Counted from the first letter of the stretch, positions 13,604-23,875 are shown. The stretch: DNA of 64,000 bases from Candidatus Puniceispirillales bacterium (GCA_049889655.1 JBMHCY010000003.1:1915-65914); one strand, 5' to 3'. The notes: a model not told the origin generated them from the sequence alone. Numbers and translations: made by a program.

Positions 13604-16186
13604 TTAATACAGCCCCGGGAGCGGTTCTGCAACTGTCGTCGTATCCTTGCCGGGCACATCAATCACCGCCGCACTGCTGCCGACAGCCAGCGGACGCTGC
13701 CCCGGCTTGAAGGCTTCGGTGATCACCTGCTTATCGCCGGGCCGGGCGCGCTGGCCGTTGAGCGCGTTGATGGTATAGAGATTGACCCCTTCGGGACGGC
13801 GGAACGGAATCCGGGCCCTGTCCTGCATCGCATCAGCCATGAAATTGGCGAAGATCGGCACCGCAGCGGTAGACCCTGTCTCTCGCTTGCCAAGCGGTTT
13901 CGGTGTATCGAAGCCGACATAGACGCCGACCACCAGATCAGGGGTGAAGCCGATAAACCAGGCATTGGTGTTGTCGTTGGTCGTCCCCGTCTTGCCTGCC
14001 ACAGCAAAATCGAGATTGCCGATCAGCCGTCCCGTGCCACGACTGATTACCCCCTCAAGCATCGAGACCATCTGATAGGCGGATGCCTTGTCGGTGACGC
14101 GGGGGCGCTGATCCGGCAGTTGCGGCGGTTCGGCCTGCCCGGCAGGAATGGCGGCAAAACTGCAGCCTCCGCAATCGCGGCGATCATGGCGATAGACTGT
14201 CGCCCCGAAACGATCCTGGACCCGATCCACCAGAGCCGGGGTGATGAACGACCCGCCATTGACGATCATCCCATAAGCAGCGGTCATCTGCATGAGCGTC
14301 GTCTCCCCCGCCCCCAGTGACATCGACAGCAGCGCCGGCATATCACCATCGATGCCGAAGCGGCGGGCATAATCCTGCACCTTCGGCATCCCGATGGCCA
14401 TGGCGAGGCGTGCCGTCATCAGGTTGCGGGATTGCTCGATCCCCTGCCGCATGATGCTGGGGCCATAGAATTTGCGGGTGTAGTTGGCAGGTTTCCATTT
14501 CGGCATTCCCGGCCCCTGATCCACCACCAGCGGCGCATCGAGAATGCGTGTTGTCGGCGAAAACCCGTTATCGAGAGCCGCCAGATAGACGAATGGCTTG
14601 AACGCGGAACCAGGCTGGCGTTCAGCCTGGGTGGCACGGTTGAACTCGCTCATGGCGGCGCTGTAGCCGCCTGTCATTGCCAGCACCCGGCCGGTATGGG
14701 GATCAAGCGCCAGCAGCGCCCCCTGGACGAGCGGCACCTGCCCCAGGGCCCAGATATTCTGATCAAACTCAGGCGAGCCTTCGAGCCGGGCCACCCGGTC
14801 AGGCACATCAGCCGGCCGCTGAACCATAATGATATCGTTGCGCCTGAGTGCCTCGGTCAGCGCCGTCAGCGGCCGCGGCCGAACCCCGTTGCTGTTGCGC
14901 GGGGGATAGGCCCAGTCCGCCAGCACGAAGGGGATCACGCCCTTGACGAGATCAGGTTCATCCGGATCGCGGCCGGTCATCACCGTCACAAAAGCCTGCT
15001 TGGCGGTGACGCCGGTGACAAGCGCCGGGTAGCGGCCTTCATGCATGGTCGCCCCGAACCGGCCAAGGATCGTCCCAAGCGGTTCGTCCTGATTGTCGAG
15101 ATGCGCCAGCGGGCCACGCCAGCCCTGACGTTTATCGAGGGCTTCAAGCCCCTGGATGATCGCCTTGTCTGCCCGTTGCTGCAGGACAGGATCAATCGTT
15201 GTCCGCACTGAATAGCCGCCGGAATAAAAAGCCTCCGCGCCATAGCGTTCGGCCATCTGGCGGCGGACTTCCTCAACGAAATACGGGGCATTGGCGCCAT
15301 CAACACCGGAAAGCGGCCTGATCTGGATCGGCTCCTGGCGAGCTGCAGCAGCCTCTTCGGCAGTGACAAAACCGTTTTCGACCATCTGCCCCAGCACCCA
15401 GTTGCGGCGGTTGATGGCGGCCTTGTATTTGCGGACCGGGTGATAGTTGTTGGGGGCTTTCGGCAAAGCGGCGAGATAGGCCATCTCAGCCAGCGTCAGA
15501 TCAGCCAGCGCCTTGTCATAATAATTGAGCGCGGCAGCAGCCACACCGTAACTGCCGAAGCCGAGATAAATCTCGTTCATGTAGAGTTCGAGCAACTGGT
15601 CTTTCGAAAACGCCCGTTCCATGCGAATGGCCAGAATGGCTTCTTTGATCTTGCGTTCGATCGAAACTTCGTTGGTGAGCAGGAAGTTCTTCGCCACCTG
15701 CTGGGTGATGGTGGATGCCCCGATGGGACGGCGGCCGGAACCGAGATTGGCCAGATTGGTCATCACCGCCCGGGCAAGGGCTTTCGGATCAACCCCGAAA
15801 TGATCATAGAACCCCTTGTCTTCCGCCGACAGGAACGCCTCAATCAGAGGCTTCGGCATCTCGGTAACCGGTACGAAAACCCGCTTTTCGGTGGCATATT
15901 CTGCAAGGAGCGCACCGTTGCCCGCGTGAATACGTGTCACCACCGGCGGCTCATAGCGCGCCAGCTGGGTGTATTGGGGCAGGTTGCGGCCGTATTCCCA
16001 GAAAACCCACATGATGCCGCCAATAGCCGTGAAAATTCCAAGCAGACACAGCGAGACAAAGCCGATCACAAACCGCAGCAGCCGGCTTTTGCGGCGCGGC
16101 GGCTTGGCAGGCTTTTCGGCACGGCGGGGCCGTTTTCTTTCACGTTTTTCAGCAACGAGCACGTTCAGCGGACCCTTTCCATGCAA
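13604..16186 (-). CDS. mrcA: Penicillin-binding protein 1A (bifunctional glycosyltransferase/transpeptidase)
   Basis: GT51 motifs are EDKGFYDHFG and RKIKE. The transpeptidase SxxK motif is GSAFKP and the KTG motif is GKTGTT. An N-terminal TM helix is present. Confidence 0.92.
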   Translation of the reverse strand: MHGKGPLNVLVAEKRERKRPRRAEKPAKPPRRKSRLLRFVIGFVSLCLLGIFTAIGGIMWVFWEYGRNLPQYTQLARYEPPVVTRIHAGNGALLAEYATEKRVFVPVTEMPKPLIEAFLSAEDKGFYDHFGVDPKALARAVMTNLANLGSGRRPIGASTITQQVAKNFLLTNEVSIERKIKEAILAIRMERAFSKDQLLELYMNEIYLGFGSYGVAAAALNYYDKALADLTLAEMAYLAALPKAPNNYHPVRKYKAAINRRNWVLGQMVENGFVTAEEAAAARQEPIQIRPLSGVDGANAPYFVEEVRRQMAERYGAEAFYSGGYSVRTTIDPVLQQRADKAIIQGLEALDKRQGWRGPLAHLDNQDEPLGTILGRFGATMHEGRYPALVTGVTAKQAFVTVMTGRDPDEPDLVKGVIPFVLADWAYPPRNSNGVRPRPLTALTEALRRNDIIMVQRPADVPDRVARLEGSPEFDQNIWALGQVPLVQGALLALDPHTGRVLAMTGGYSAAMSEFNRATQAERQPGSAFKPFVYLAALDNGFSPTTRILDAPLVVDQGPGMPKWKPANYTRKFYGPSIMRQGIEQSRNLMTARLAMAIGMPKVQDYARRFGIDGDMPALLSMSLGAGETTLMQMTAAYGMIVNGGSFITPALVDRVQDRFGATVYRHDRRDCGGCSFAAIPAGQAEPPQLPDQRPRVTDKASAYQMVSMLEGVISRGTGRLIGNLDFAVAGKTGTTNDNTNAWFIGFTPDLVVGVYVGFDTPKPLGKRETGSTAAVPIFANFMADAMQDRARIPFRRPEGVNLYTINALNGQRARPGDKQVITEAFKPGQRPLAVGSSAAVIDVPGKDTTTVAEPLPGLY

Positions 16187-16233
16187 TCATCTTATCATGA
16201 TGACAGCCGATGATGGCAATTCTGTGAACCCGG

Positions 16234-17565
16234 TCATGGCAGCGTTTGCGGCACGGGAATGTTGTTGTTTTCGAGATAGGCGACCACCGCCCAGGTGATC
16301 CGTTGCATCAGATCACGACGGTAGGCCTCGCTTTGCAGGTTGCGTTCATCCTTGCGGTTGGTCAGAAAACCCATCTCGATCAGCACCGACGGCACATCCG
16401 GTGATTTGAGCACGGCAAACCCGGCAAACCGATGGCCACGGCGCGGCGTCGGCAGGCCCTTGAAAGCCTTGATGATCTCGGCGGCCAGCACCGATGACTG
16501 GTTCATCGATTCACGCTGGAACATCCCGAGCAGGGCCGAGGTCACTTCCGGGTCCGTGGTATCGAGATCAGGCCCGCCGATCAGATCAGCCTTGTTTTCC
16601 TGGGCGGCGAGCATGGCCGCTTCCTTGTCAGATGCGGTTTCGGACAGCGTGAACACCGAAACACCACGTGCCTTTTTATTGGCCGCGGCATCGGCATGGA
16701 GCGAGATAAAGACATCCGCTTTTTCCCGGCGGGCCAGGTTGATCCGGGTTCTGAGCCGGTGATAGCGATCATCATCCCGTGACAGCACCGCGATGATCTT
16801 GCCGGTGGCATTCAGCTGCCGAGCCAGTTCGCGGGCCGCCTTGAGGGTGATGGTTTTTTCCTGAATTCCCGAAGGGCTGATGGCACCCGGGTCTTTGCCG
16901 CCATGCCCGGCATCGATGAACACCACCCATTTGCCGGGGCGGGCGGCATCTGGTGGGGCTGTACCTTCTTTCAGAAAATCAGGTTTCGGCAAGGGCAGTG
17001 CCATGCCGGAAGCACTGCGGCCACGGGGAGGCTGATCCGGTTTCGGTTCGGGCTTGAGCATCGCCACCTGCCCCGAGGGTGGTGCTGTCTGTTTGAGGTC
17101 TAGCGGTTTGCCGTGGGCAGCGTTGAGCGCCCGTGCCGCCAGTTGAAACGCCGTTTCGCCGCGGTCGCTGAGATCAATCACCAGCCGATGGCCGGTATTG
17201 CGTGGCGGCAACCGAAACGCCCTGATCGGGGCCGCCGGGGCATTCAGATCAATCACCAGCCGAGAGATATCAGGCTGCGGCTTGCCATAGCGATAGCCCT
17301 TCAGCGGGGCTGTTTGCAGGGCACCGGAAGACTGGCGGCCCTCCACCTGCCATGACGAGGCGGGCATATCGATCACCAGACGCCAGGGGCTTGAGAGTAG
17401 GAAAAACGATACCGGTACGTCTTCGGATGTTTCGATCACCAGCCGGGCCGCCCCTTCGAAACTGCCGCTCCGCAGGCCGAGAATACGGTTTTCGGCCAGA
17501 ACCGGCTGCACCCATGCCAGGATGACCAGGGCGAGCAGAAGCACTGAAGGGATCAATCTGCGCAT
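16234..17565 (-). CDS. N-acetylmuramoyl-L-alanine amidase (AmiC-like, AMIN domain plus Amidase_3)
   Basis: A signal peptide is present. The N-terminal AMIN-like repeats include RLVIDL, and the catalytic domain includes VFIDAGHGGKDPGA and ISLHADA. Confidence 0.85.
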   Translation of the reverse strand: MRRLIPSVLLLALVILAWVQPVLAENRILGLRSGSFEGAARLVIETSEDVPVSFFLLSSPWRLVIDMPASSWQVEGRQSSGALQTAPLKGYRYGKPQPDISRLVIDLNAPAAPIRAFRLPPRNTGHRLVIDLSDRGETAFQLAARALNAAHGKPLDLKQTAPPSGQVAMLKPEPKPDQPPRGRSASGMALPLPKPDFLKEGTAPPDAARPGKWVVFIDAGHGGKDPGAISPSGIQEKTITLKAARELARQLNATGKIIAVLSRDDDRYHRLRTRINLARREKADVFISLHADAAANKKARGVSVFTLSETASDKEAAMLAAQENKADLIGGPDLDTTDPEVTSALLGMFQRESMNQSSVLAAEIIKAFKGLPTPRRGHRFAGFAVLKSPDVPSVLIEMGFLTNRKDERNLQSEAYRRDLMQRITWAVVAYLENNNIPVPQTLP

Positions 17566-17967
17566 ACGTTAACCTCCGCAATCGCCGTAGTTTTGTATCG
17601 CAACCCAGGGCCGATGTGAAGCCATCCCATCCCCTGACAAAGCCAGCGTCTGCTGATTATGATTGTAAGTAAGCATTATTGACCTTATATTGTTTTAATC
17701 AGGGTTAATCCTGATCAGACCAGATTTATCGCTGATGACCATTCGGCATCGCGAAATAAGAGCGGGTGAAATCTCACCCCATGCTGAAAGACAAGGCCAT
17801 GAACGCCAAAGCCATCGACCAGACATCAAACCGCTTCACTGAGGAAGCGGCTTTTCTGCATGGCATGACGTTAGATGAAGCCTCGTTTCCGAACAATCCG
17901 TTGACAGAAGAGCGGCTCAAGGCAGCCCGCCCAGAAGGGCTTCTGTGCACGGAAGAAAGTCAAAACA
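17566..17967 (+). promoter_or_regulatory. Long rne upstream region, likely a structured 5' leader
   Basis: This is a 402-nt non-coding gap before rne. Several short hairpins are visible, for example GGGTGAaatcTCACCC, GCTTCactgaGGAAGC and CAGAAGggCTTCTG. E. coli rne is known to carry an autoregulatory 5' UTR of similar size. Confidence 0.4.
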
Positions 17968-20376
17968 ATGCCCAAAAAACTGCTTATCGATGCACGTCAG
18001 GACGACGAAACCCGTGTCGTGCTGCTCAACAACAACAAGATCGAGGATTTTGATCACGAAACCAGCCACCGCAAACAACTGAAAGGAAATGTCTACCTCG
18101 CCCGCGTAACACGGGTCGAACCTTCCTTGCAGGCAGCTTTTGTTGAATATGGTGGCAACCGCCAGGGTTTTCTGGCGTTCAGTGAAATCCATCCCGATTA
18201 CTACCGTATCCCCATTGAAGACCGCGAGAAATTGCTCGCCGAGGAAGAAGAGCGTGCCGCCCGCGAAGATGGCGAAGACGGCGACGATCAGGACAAGACT
18301 GAAGAAACAGCCGAAAACGCTGCTGAGGACGAAGCTGATGGTGATGCTGATGCCGAAACCAATGGCGAGAACAGCACTGAGGACAGTGACGAAGACCTGC
18401 GCTCGGAACGCCGCCGCAAGGCCCAGCTTTCCCGTCATTACAAAATCCAGGAAGTGATCTCAAAGCGCCAGATCCTGCTGGTACAGGTGGTCAAGGAAGA
18501 GCGCGGCAACAAAGGCGCGGCATTAACGACCTATCTTTCGCTGGCCGGGCGTTACTGTGTGTTGATGCCAAACACCCACCACGGCGGTGGTGTCAGCCGC
18601 AAGATCAGCAACCCTGTCGACCGCAAGAAACTGAAGACCATCACCAACAGCCTCGATATCCCCAAGGGGATGGCAGTGATTGTCCGAACGGCCGGATCAA
18701 AACGAACCAAGGCCGAGATCACCCGTGATTTCACCTATCTGTCGCGCCAGTGGGACGATATCAGGTCGCTGACCATGGAATCCAATGCCCCGGCGTTGAT
18801 CCATGAAGAGGGCAATTTGATCAAACGGGCAATCCGCGATCACTACACCTCCGATGTTGATGAAATTCTGGTCGAAGGGGCGGATGCCCACAAGGCCGCC
18901 CACGGCCACATGAAAAACCTGATGCCGAGCCATGTGAAAAAGGTAAAGGCCTATGAGGACACCACGTTGCCGCTGTTCCAGCGTTATCAGGTTGAAACCA
19001 TGCTGTCGGCAATGCACGACCCGCAGGTGACGCTCAAATCAGGCGGGTATCTTGTCATCAACCAGACCGAAGCCCTCGTTGCCATTGATGTCAATTCCGG
19101 CCGCGCCACAAGGGAGCGGAATATTGAGGAAACCGCGCTCAAGACCAACCTTGAAGCGGCAGAGGAAATCGCCCAGCAGTTGCGCCAGCGTGATCTGTCG
19201 GGGCTGATTGTCATCGATTTCATCGATATGGAAAACAACCGCAACCAGAATGCTGTCGAACGCAAGATGAAAGAGGCGGTTAAAAACGACCGGGCCCGGA
19301 TCCAGATCGGCTCCATCAGCCAGTTCGGCCTGCTCGAGATGTCCCGCCAGCGGCTGCGCCCGAGCCTTGCCGAAACGGTCAGTGATCTCTGCCCCCATTG
19401 TCAGGGAACCGGGCGGGTACGGTCGGTTGAATCCGCCGCGCTGCAAGTCTTGCGGAGCATTGAAGCCGAAGCGATCAAAGGCCGCCAGGAAGCTCTTCAT
19501 GTCTTCATGAACGCCAGCATCGCGATCTATATTCTCAACAACAAGCGTGATGTCATCGCCAGCATGGAAGAACGCTTTGAGATGACGATCCACCTGCATC
19601 AGGATGACAGTCTCATCGCCCCGGCCGTCCGGTTCGGTGAAGACCCGGTTCTGGCGGCCGCTCAGGCCGACAAGCCCGAGCCGCGCAACCGCCGTCGTCG
19701 CGGTGGCCGCAAAGAACGTGATAACGGGGCCGAGGCCGACAGCGAGGCGGCCCCGCAAGCAGAGGAAGCAGCCCCGGCCGAGACCTCGGATGAAAACAGC
19801 GAGGACAAGCCGAAGCGTCGCCGTCGTCGCGGCAAGCGCGGTGGCCGCAAGCGGCGGCGCGATCAGGGCGAGAACGCAGCAGAAACCGCAGACAACGCGG
19901 ATCAGGCGGATACGTCCAGCCCCGCGGCGGAAGCCGCTGATGATGACGCGATGCAACCTGCCAGCCCTCAAGCTGAGGCTGCCCCGGTGGCGGCTGATCA
20001 GGCCGATGATGATGCTGCGGAAGTAAAGCCCAAAACCGCACGCAAAAAGGCAACCCGGAAGAAATCCGCCAAGGCGAAAACCGTTGATACCGCTGACGCG
20101 GCGGCGGATGCGGGTGATGACGCTGCCGGCAATGCCGGGGGTGAAGACGAGGTCAAGCCGAAGGCCAAAAAGAAGAAGGCCGCCAAGGCAAAAACCGCCA
20201 CCAAGGCCAAGAAAGCCACCAAAGCCAAGAAGGCCGCAGCCAAGAAATCTGCCGGTGACAGCCCGGAAGCGGAAACAGCCACAGGCCGTGAGACCGCAAG
20301 TTCCGCCCCTGTCGAGGTGGTCGATATTGATGCCGTCAAACCGGCAGCCAAGAAAAAGGGCTGGTGGAACAGCTGA
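17968..20376 (+). CDS. rne: Ribonuclease E
   Basis: The N-terminus is MPKKLLIDARQDDETRVVLL and the S1 domain is GNVYLARVTRVEPSLQAAFVEYG, interrupted by an acidic insert. The DNase-I-like domain has VAIDVNSG and the Zn-link is CPHCQGTG. The C-terminal tail is charge-patterned. Confidence 0.93.
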   Translation: MPKKLLIDARQDDETRVVLLNNNKIEDFDHETSHRKQLKGNVYLARVTRVEPSLQAAFVEYGGNRQGFLAFSEIHPDYYRIPIEDREKLLAEEEERAAREDGEDGDDQDKTEETAENAAEDEADGDADAETNGENSTEDSDEDLRSERRRKAQLSRHYKIQEVISKRQILLVQVVKEERGNKGAALTTYLSLAGRYCVLMPNTHHGGGVSRKISNPVDRKKLKTITNSLDIPKGMAVIVRTAGSKRTKAEITRDFTYLSRQWDDIRSLTMESNAPALIHEEGNLIKRAIRDHYTSDVDEILVEGADAHKAAHGHMKNLMPSHVKKVKAYEDTTLPLFQRYQVETMLSAMHDPQVTLKSGGYLVINQTEALVAIDVNSGRATRERNIEETALKTNLEAAEEIAQQLRQRDLSGLIVIDFIDMENNRNQNAVERKMKEAVKNDRARIQIGSISQFGLLEMSRQRLRPSLAETVSDLCPHCQGTGRVRSVESAALQVLRSIEAEAIKGRQEALHVFMNASIAIYILNNKRDVIASMEERFEMTIHLHQDDSLIAPAVRFGEDPVLAAAQADKPEPRNRRRRGGRKERDNGAEADSEAAPQAEEAAPAETSDENSEDKPKRRRRRGKRGGRKRRRDQGENAAETADNADQADTSSPAAEAADDDAMQPASPQAEAAPVAADQADDDAAEVKPKTARKKATRKKSAKAKTVDTADAAADAGDDAAGNAGGEDEVKPKAKKKKAAKAKTATKAKKATKAKKAAAKKSAGDSPEAETATGRETASSAPVEVVDIDAVKPAAKKKGWWNS

Positions 20377-21546
20377 TCAGCAGTTTTCAGCGATCCAGGC
20401 GTTGATGCGGCGGCAGGCCTCTTTCATATCTGCGGTTGATCCGGCAAAGGACAGCCGCAGATATTCACGCCCCTGAACCGTATCGAAATCAACCCCGGTT
20501 GTCGTCGCCACATGGGCTTCCTTGAGCAACCGGTCGGCGAGCACGACGCTGTCTTCGGCGATGGCTGTTGTCCGGACATAGAGATAGAACGCACCTTCCA
20601 CCGGGGCGACATCCTGCAACAGCCGCGGGTCGAGTTCATTGCGAAGAATATCGAGATTGTCGCCATAGCGGCTGATATGGCTTTCGAGTTCAGCGATCGA
20701 GGCCGGATCGGTAATCGCTGCCGTCGCCGCGATCTGGGAAAGGGTCGGGACAGAGATCACCGCATTCTGCGCCAGCCTGTCCATCGGCTCGACAAGATCA
20801 TCAGGGACGATCATCCAGCCGACCCGATGACCGGTCATGGAAAAATACTTCGAAAATGAATTGATGATAATCGCGTCATCGGCGGTCGCCAGTGCCGAAG
20901 GGGTATCCACCCCAAAGGCAATGCCGTGATAGATTTCATCAGAGATCAGCCGCACATCATTGTCCCTGCACCAGCCGGTGATCGCTGCCAGTTCCTCGGC
21001 ATTGAGCACAACCCCTGTGGGGTTGGCGGGGCTGGCGATGATCAGCCCGGCAGGTTTTTCCGGCAGCGCATCGAGATGTTCCGGCCTCAGCTTCCAGCCT
21101 TCAGCCCCGCGCAATTCGATCATCAGAGGCCGCAGCCCGACCGATTCCATCAGGTTGCGATAGGCGGAATAACCGGGATTGGTCATGGCGATGGTATCGC
21201 CGGGATCAAAACAGTTGAGAAACGCCATGGCGAAACCCAGCGAGGAGCCGACCGTGACAACAACATTATCCGGGCTCACCGAAAGCCCGTGAACGCGGCT
21301 GTAATGGGCGGCTATGCCCTCGCGCAGGGGGTCGATCCCAAGGGTCATGGTATAGCCGTGGCTGGCCGGATCATCGAGAGCCTCAACAACAGCCTTGATC
21401 GCCGGGGCAGGTGCCCCCGATGACGGCTGGCCAACCTCGAGATGCATGACATCGGCACCACTTGCTTCGAGGGCGGCGGCGCGGGCCATCACATCCATGA
21501 CCAGAAACGGAGAGAGATCCGATCGTGCAGAAAGTTTGACCGTCAT
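20377..21546 (-). CDS. PLP-dependent aminotransferase, class I (aspartate/aromatic type)
   Basis: The PLP lysine motif is NSFSKYFSMTGHRVGW, and the protein is 389 aa. Confidence 0.8.
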   Translation of the reverse strand: MTVKLSARSDLSPFLVMDVMARAAALEASGADVMHLEVGQPSSGAPAPAIKAVVEALDDPASHGYTMTLGIDPLREGIAAHYSRVHGLSVSPDNVVVTVGSSLGFAMAFLNCFDPGDTIAMTNPGYSAYRNLMESVGLRPLMIELRGAEGWKLRPEHLDALPEKPAGLIIASPANPTGVVLNAEELAAITGWCRDNDVRLISDEIYHGIAFGVDTPSALATADDAIIINSFSKYFSMTGHRVGWMIVPDDLVEPMDRLAQNAVISVPTLSQIAATAAITDPASIAELESHISRYGDNLDILRNELDPRLLQDVAPVEGAFYLYVRTTAIAEDSVVLADRLLKEAHVATTTGVDFDTVQGREYLRLSFAGSTADMKEACRRINAWIAENC

Positions 21547-21627
21547 AATGTCACCATTTTCCCGTGAAATGTGTTATGGGATAGACCATCCTGATATGAT
21601 CTAGAGGCATACCGCATCGGAGCTGAA

Positions 21628-22971
21628 ATGCCAAGGACAGCACAGCAAAATTTCTGGCGCCATCTCGCCGCCCTCTTTCTGCTGGTGGGGCTGCTGTTTC
21701 CGGCCGTCACCAAGGCTTCGGTGATCAGGGATACCGAACTCGAAGCAGGGCTGCTGCGGATTGCCCGGCCGATGGCAAAGGAAGCCGGGCTCAACCCCGG
21801 CAAGTTGCAGATCCGGATCGTCATCTCACCGCAATACAATGCGTTTGTCATGGCAGACGGCATTATCTATGTGCATAGCGGCCTGATCATGAAGGCCGAT
21901 AATATGCTCGAGGTGGCAGGGGTCCTGGCCCATGAAATCGGCCATATCGCCGCCGGTCACGTGCATCAGCGCCCGGGCGTCATCAGGGAAGCCGGCATGG
22001 CCAGCATCCTGGGGGCTGTCGCAGCGGTGGCACTGACGGCTGCAGGCAGTGCCGATGCCGCCATCGGGGTGATGGCGGGCAGCACCGACCAGACACGCAA
22101 GATCGTCATGGCCCGATCGCGCCAGGATGAAGGCGTGGCCGATGAATACGCCATCAGCCTGATGACAAGCCAGGGGTATTCGGTTGCCCCTATGGCAGAG
22201 AGAATGCGGCAGATCGCATCCCAGCGGATGCTGCCCGAAACCCGCCAATCTGACTATTACAGATCACACCCCGGGGCGCTTGAACGAAGCGCTGTCTTTC
22301 AGGATCATGTCAACACCCATGAGACATCACCGCCTGTGGAAGCACCATGGATGACGAGGCTGCACCAGCGGCTCAAATCAAAACTCGAAGGCTGGGCCAC
22401 GCCGCCGCGCAATGTCCTTGTCAGCACGATGGGCACTGATGATCACAACGCCCTCTACAAACGCGCGATCGCCTTTCACCGGCTCTCTGATCTCGACGCT
22501 GCCCGTGAATTCATGCAGGAATTGATTACAGCCCAGCCCGATGATCCCTATTTCTATGAATTCATGGGCGATATCATGCTGGCCTCCGGGGATGCCGCCT
22601 CTGCTGTCGAGGCGTATCTGAAGGCGCTTGAGAATCTGTCACCGACCATCAATGCCGGGCAGATCGAGTTGTCGCTCGGCCGGGCCTATCTGGCACTGGA
22701 TAATCCGGCATCGATCGAGAAAGCTGTCACCGTACTGAGGCGGGCCCAGCGGAACGAACCGAATTGGGCCTTTGTGAAACGCCAGCTGGGGATCAGTCTC
22801 GGCCGGGCCGGTCACTTTGCCGAGGCCGATATCACCCTCGCCGAAGAAGCGATGATGACAGGCAATACCGATCTGGCAAAGCAACTGGCCGAAAGGGTCA
22901 AATCCAACCCTGACGCCAACAACCAGCAACGCCGTCTGGCCCATGATATCCTGCTCCAATTGGGGCCATAA
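21628..22971 (+). CDS. M48-family periplasmic metalloprotease with C-terminal TPR repeats (BepA-like)
   Basis: A signal peptide is present, the zinc motif is HEIGHIAAGH, and the C-terminal half is TPR-like. Confidence 0.8.
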   Translation: MPRTAQQNFWRHLAALFLLVGLLFPAVTKASVIRDTELEAGLLRIARPMAKEAGLNPGKLQIRIVISPQYNAFVMADGIIYVHSGLIMKADNMLEVAGVLAHEIGHIAAGHVHQRPGVIREAGMASILGAVAAVALTAAGSADAAIGVMAGSTDQTRKIVMARSRQDEGVADEYAISLMTSQGYSVAPMAERMRQIASQRMLPETRQSDYYRSHPGALERSAVFQDHVNTHETSPPVEAPWMTRLHQRLKSKLEGWATPPRNVLVSTMGTDDHNALYKRAIAFHRLSDLDAAREFMQELITAQPDDPYFYEFMGDIMLASGDAASAVEAYLKALENLSPTINAGQIELSLGRAYLALDNPASIEKAVTVLRRAQRNEPNWAFVKRQLGISLGRAGHFAEADITLAEEAMMTGNTDLAKQLAERVKSNPDANNQQRRLAHDILLQLGP

Positions 22972-23038
22972 TGCTTTGCCTCACAGGGCGTCTTGCAGTA
23001 AAACCACAAGTGTATTGAGAGGAAAGAGAGAGCGATCC

Positions 23039-23821
23039 ATGGCTGAAAAATCCAACAAAAAGGCTGAACCGGCTGCAACACCGAAAAACAACACCGCAAT
23101 AGCATTCATGCTGGCGGGGGCCGTTGCCTTCGGGGTCGGGGCCGGGATGATGATCGAAAGCCGCAACAGCAGCCCTGATGGCGGCAATGCACCGACCGAA
23201 AGCCAGATGGCAGAATTTATCGCCCAGAACCCGAAACTGATCCTCGATAGCGTCCGCAATTACACTGCCGAAATGCAACGCCAGGAACAGGAGCAGGGCT
23301 TTAACCTCGTCCGGGCCAATGACGGCAACACCATTCTCGGTAACCCTGATGGTGATGTGACCATCTATGAATTCAGTGATTACAACTGCGGCTACTGCAA
23401 GCGCAGTTTCAACACGCTGATGGCACTGACAGCGGAAGACAGCGATATCCGCATCGTCGTCAAGGAATTCCCGATCCTGGCCCAGTCCTCGGCTGATGCC
23501 GCCATCCTCGCCCTTGGCGCAGGGGAGCTTGGGCTCTTCGAAGCCTTCCATACCAAGCTGATGACATGGCAGGGCGGGCTGGATGACATGGCCTTTGAGA
23601 CTATTGCCGAAGACAGCGGCACCACGGTGGCAGATCTGCTTGCCGCTGCTGAAAAAATTGATACCGATGCCATTATCAGTGCCAACCGCAACATGGCTGA
23701 GCAACTGAAGATTACGGGAACACCGGCATTTCTCATCGGCGACACCCTCATCCCCGGGGCAATCTCGCTCGACGAGATGAAGGCCCTTGTCAAGGAAGTC
23801 CGCGAAAACCGCAAGGGCTGA
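23039..23821 (+). CDS. DsbA-family thiol:disulfide oxidoreductase
   Basis: It has an N-terminal anchor, the CxxC active site FSDYNCGYCKRS, and the cis-Pro region TGTPAF. Confidence 0.82.
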   Translation: MAEKSNKKAEPAATPKNNTAIAFMLAGAVAFGVGAGMMIESRNSSPDGGNAPTESQMAEFIAQNPKLILDSVRNYTAEMQRQEQEQGFNLVRANDGNTILGNPDGDVTIYEFSDYNCGYCKRSFNTLMALTAEDSDIRIVVKEFPILAQSSADAAILALGAGELGLFEAFHTKLMTWQGGLDDMAFETIAEDSGTTVADLLAAAEKIDTDAIISANRNMAEQLKITGTPAFLIGDTLIPGAISLDEMKALVKEVRENRKG

Positions 23822-23875
23822 GATGACACGCCGGGCAGGCGCTGATATACTCGCCTCTCAACGGGACGATCACCA

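Noticed and set aside
17695-17708. TTAATCAGGGTTAA in the rne upstream region as a CtrA box
   Set aside because: The spacer is 6 nt, not 7, so it does not fit the TTAA-N7-TTAA geometry.
17766-18053. 95-aa ORF inside the rne leader that runs into the rne start
   Set aside because: It has no Shine-Dalgarno and no coding-like GC3 bias. It overlaps the well-defined rne start out of frame. It is more likely part of a structured 5' UTR.
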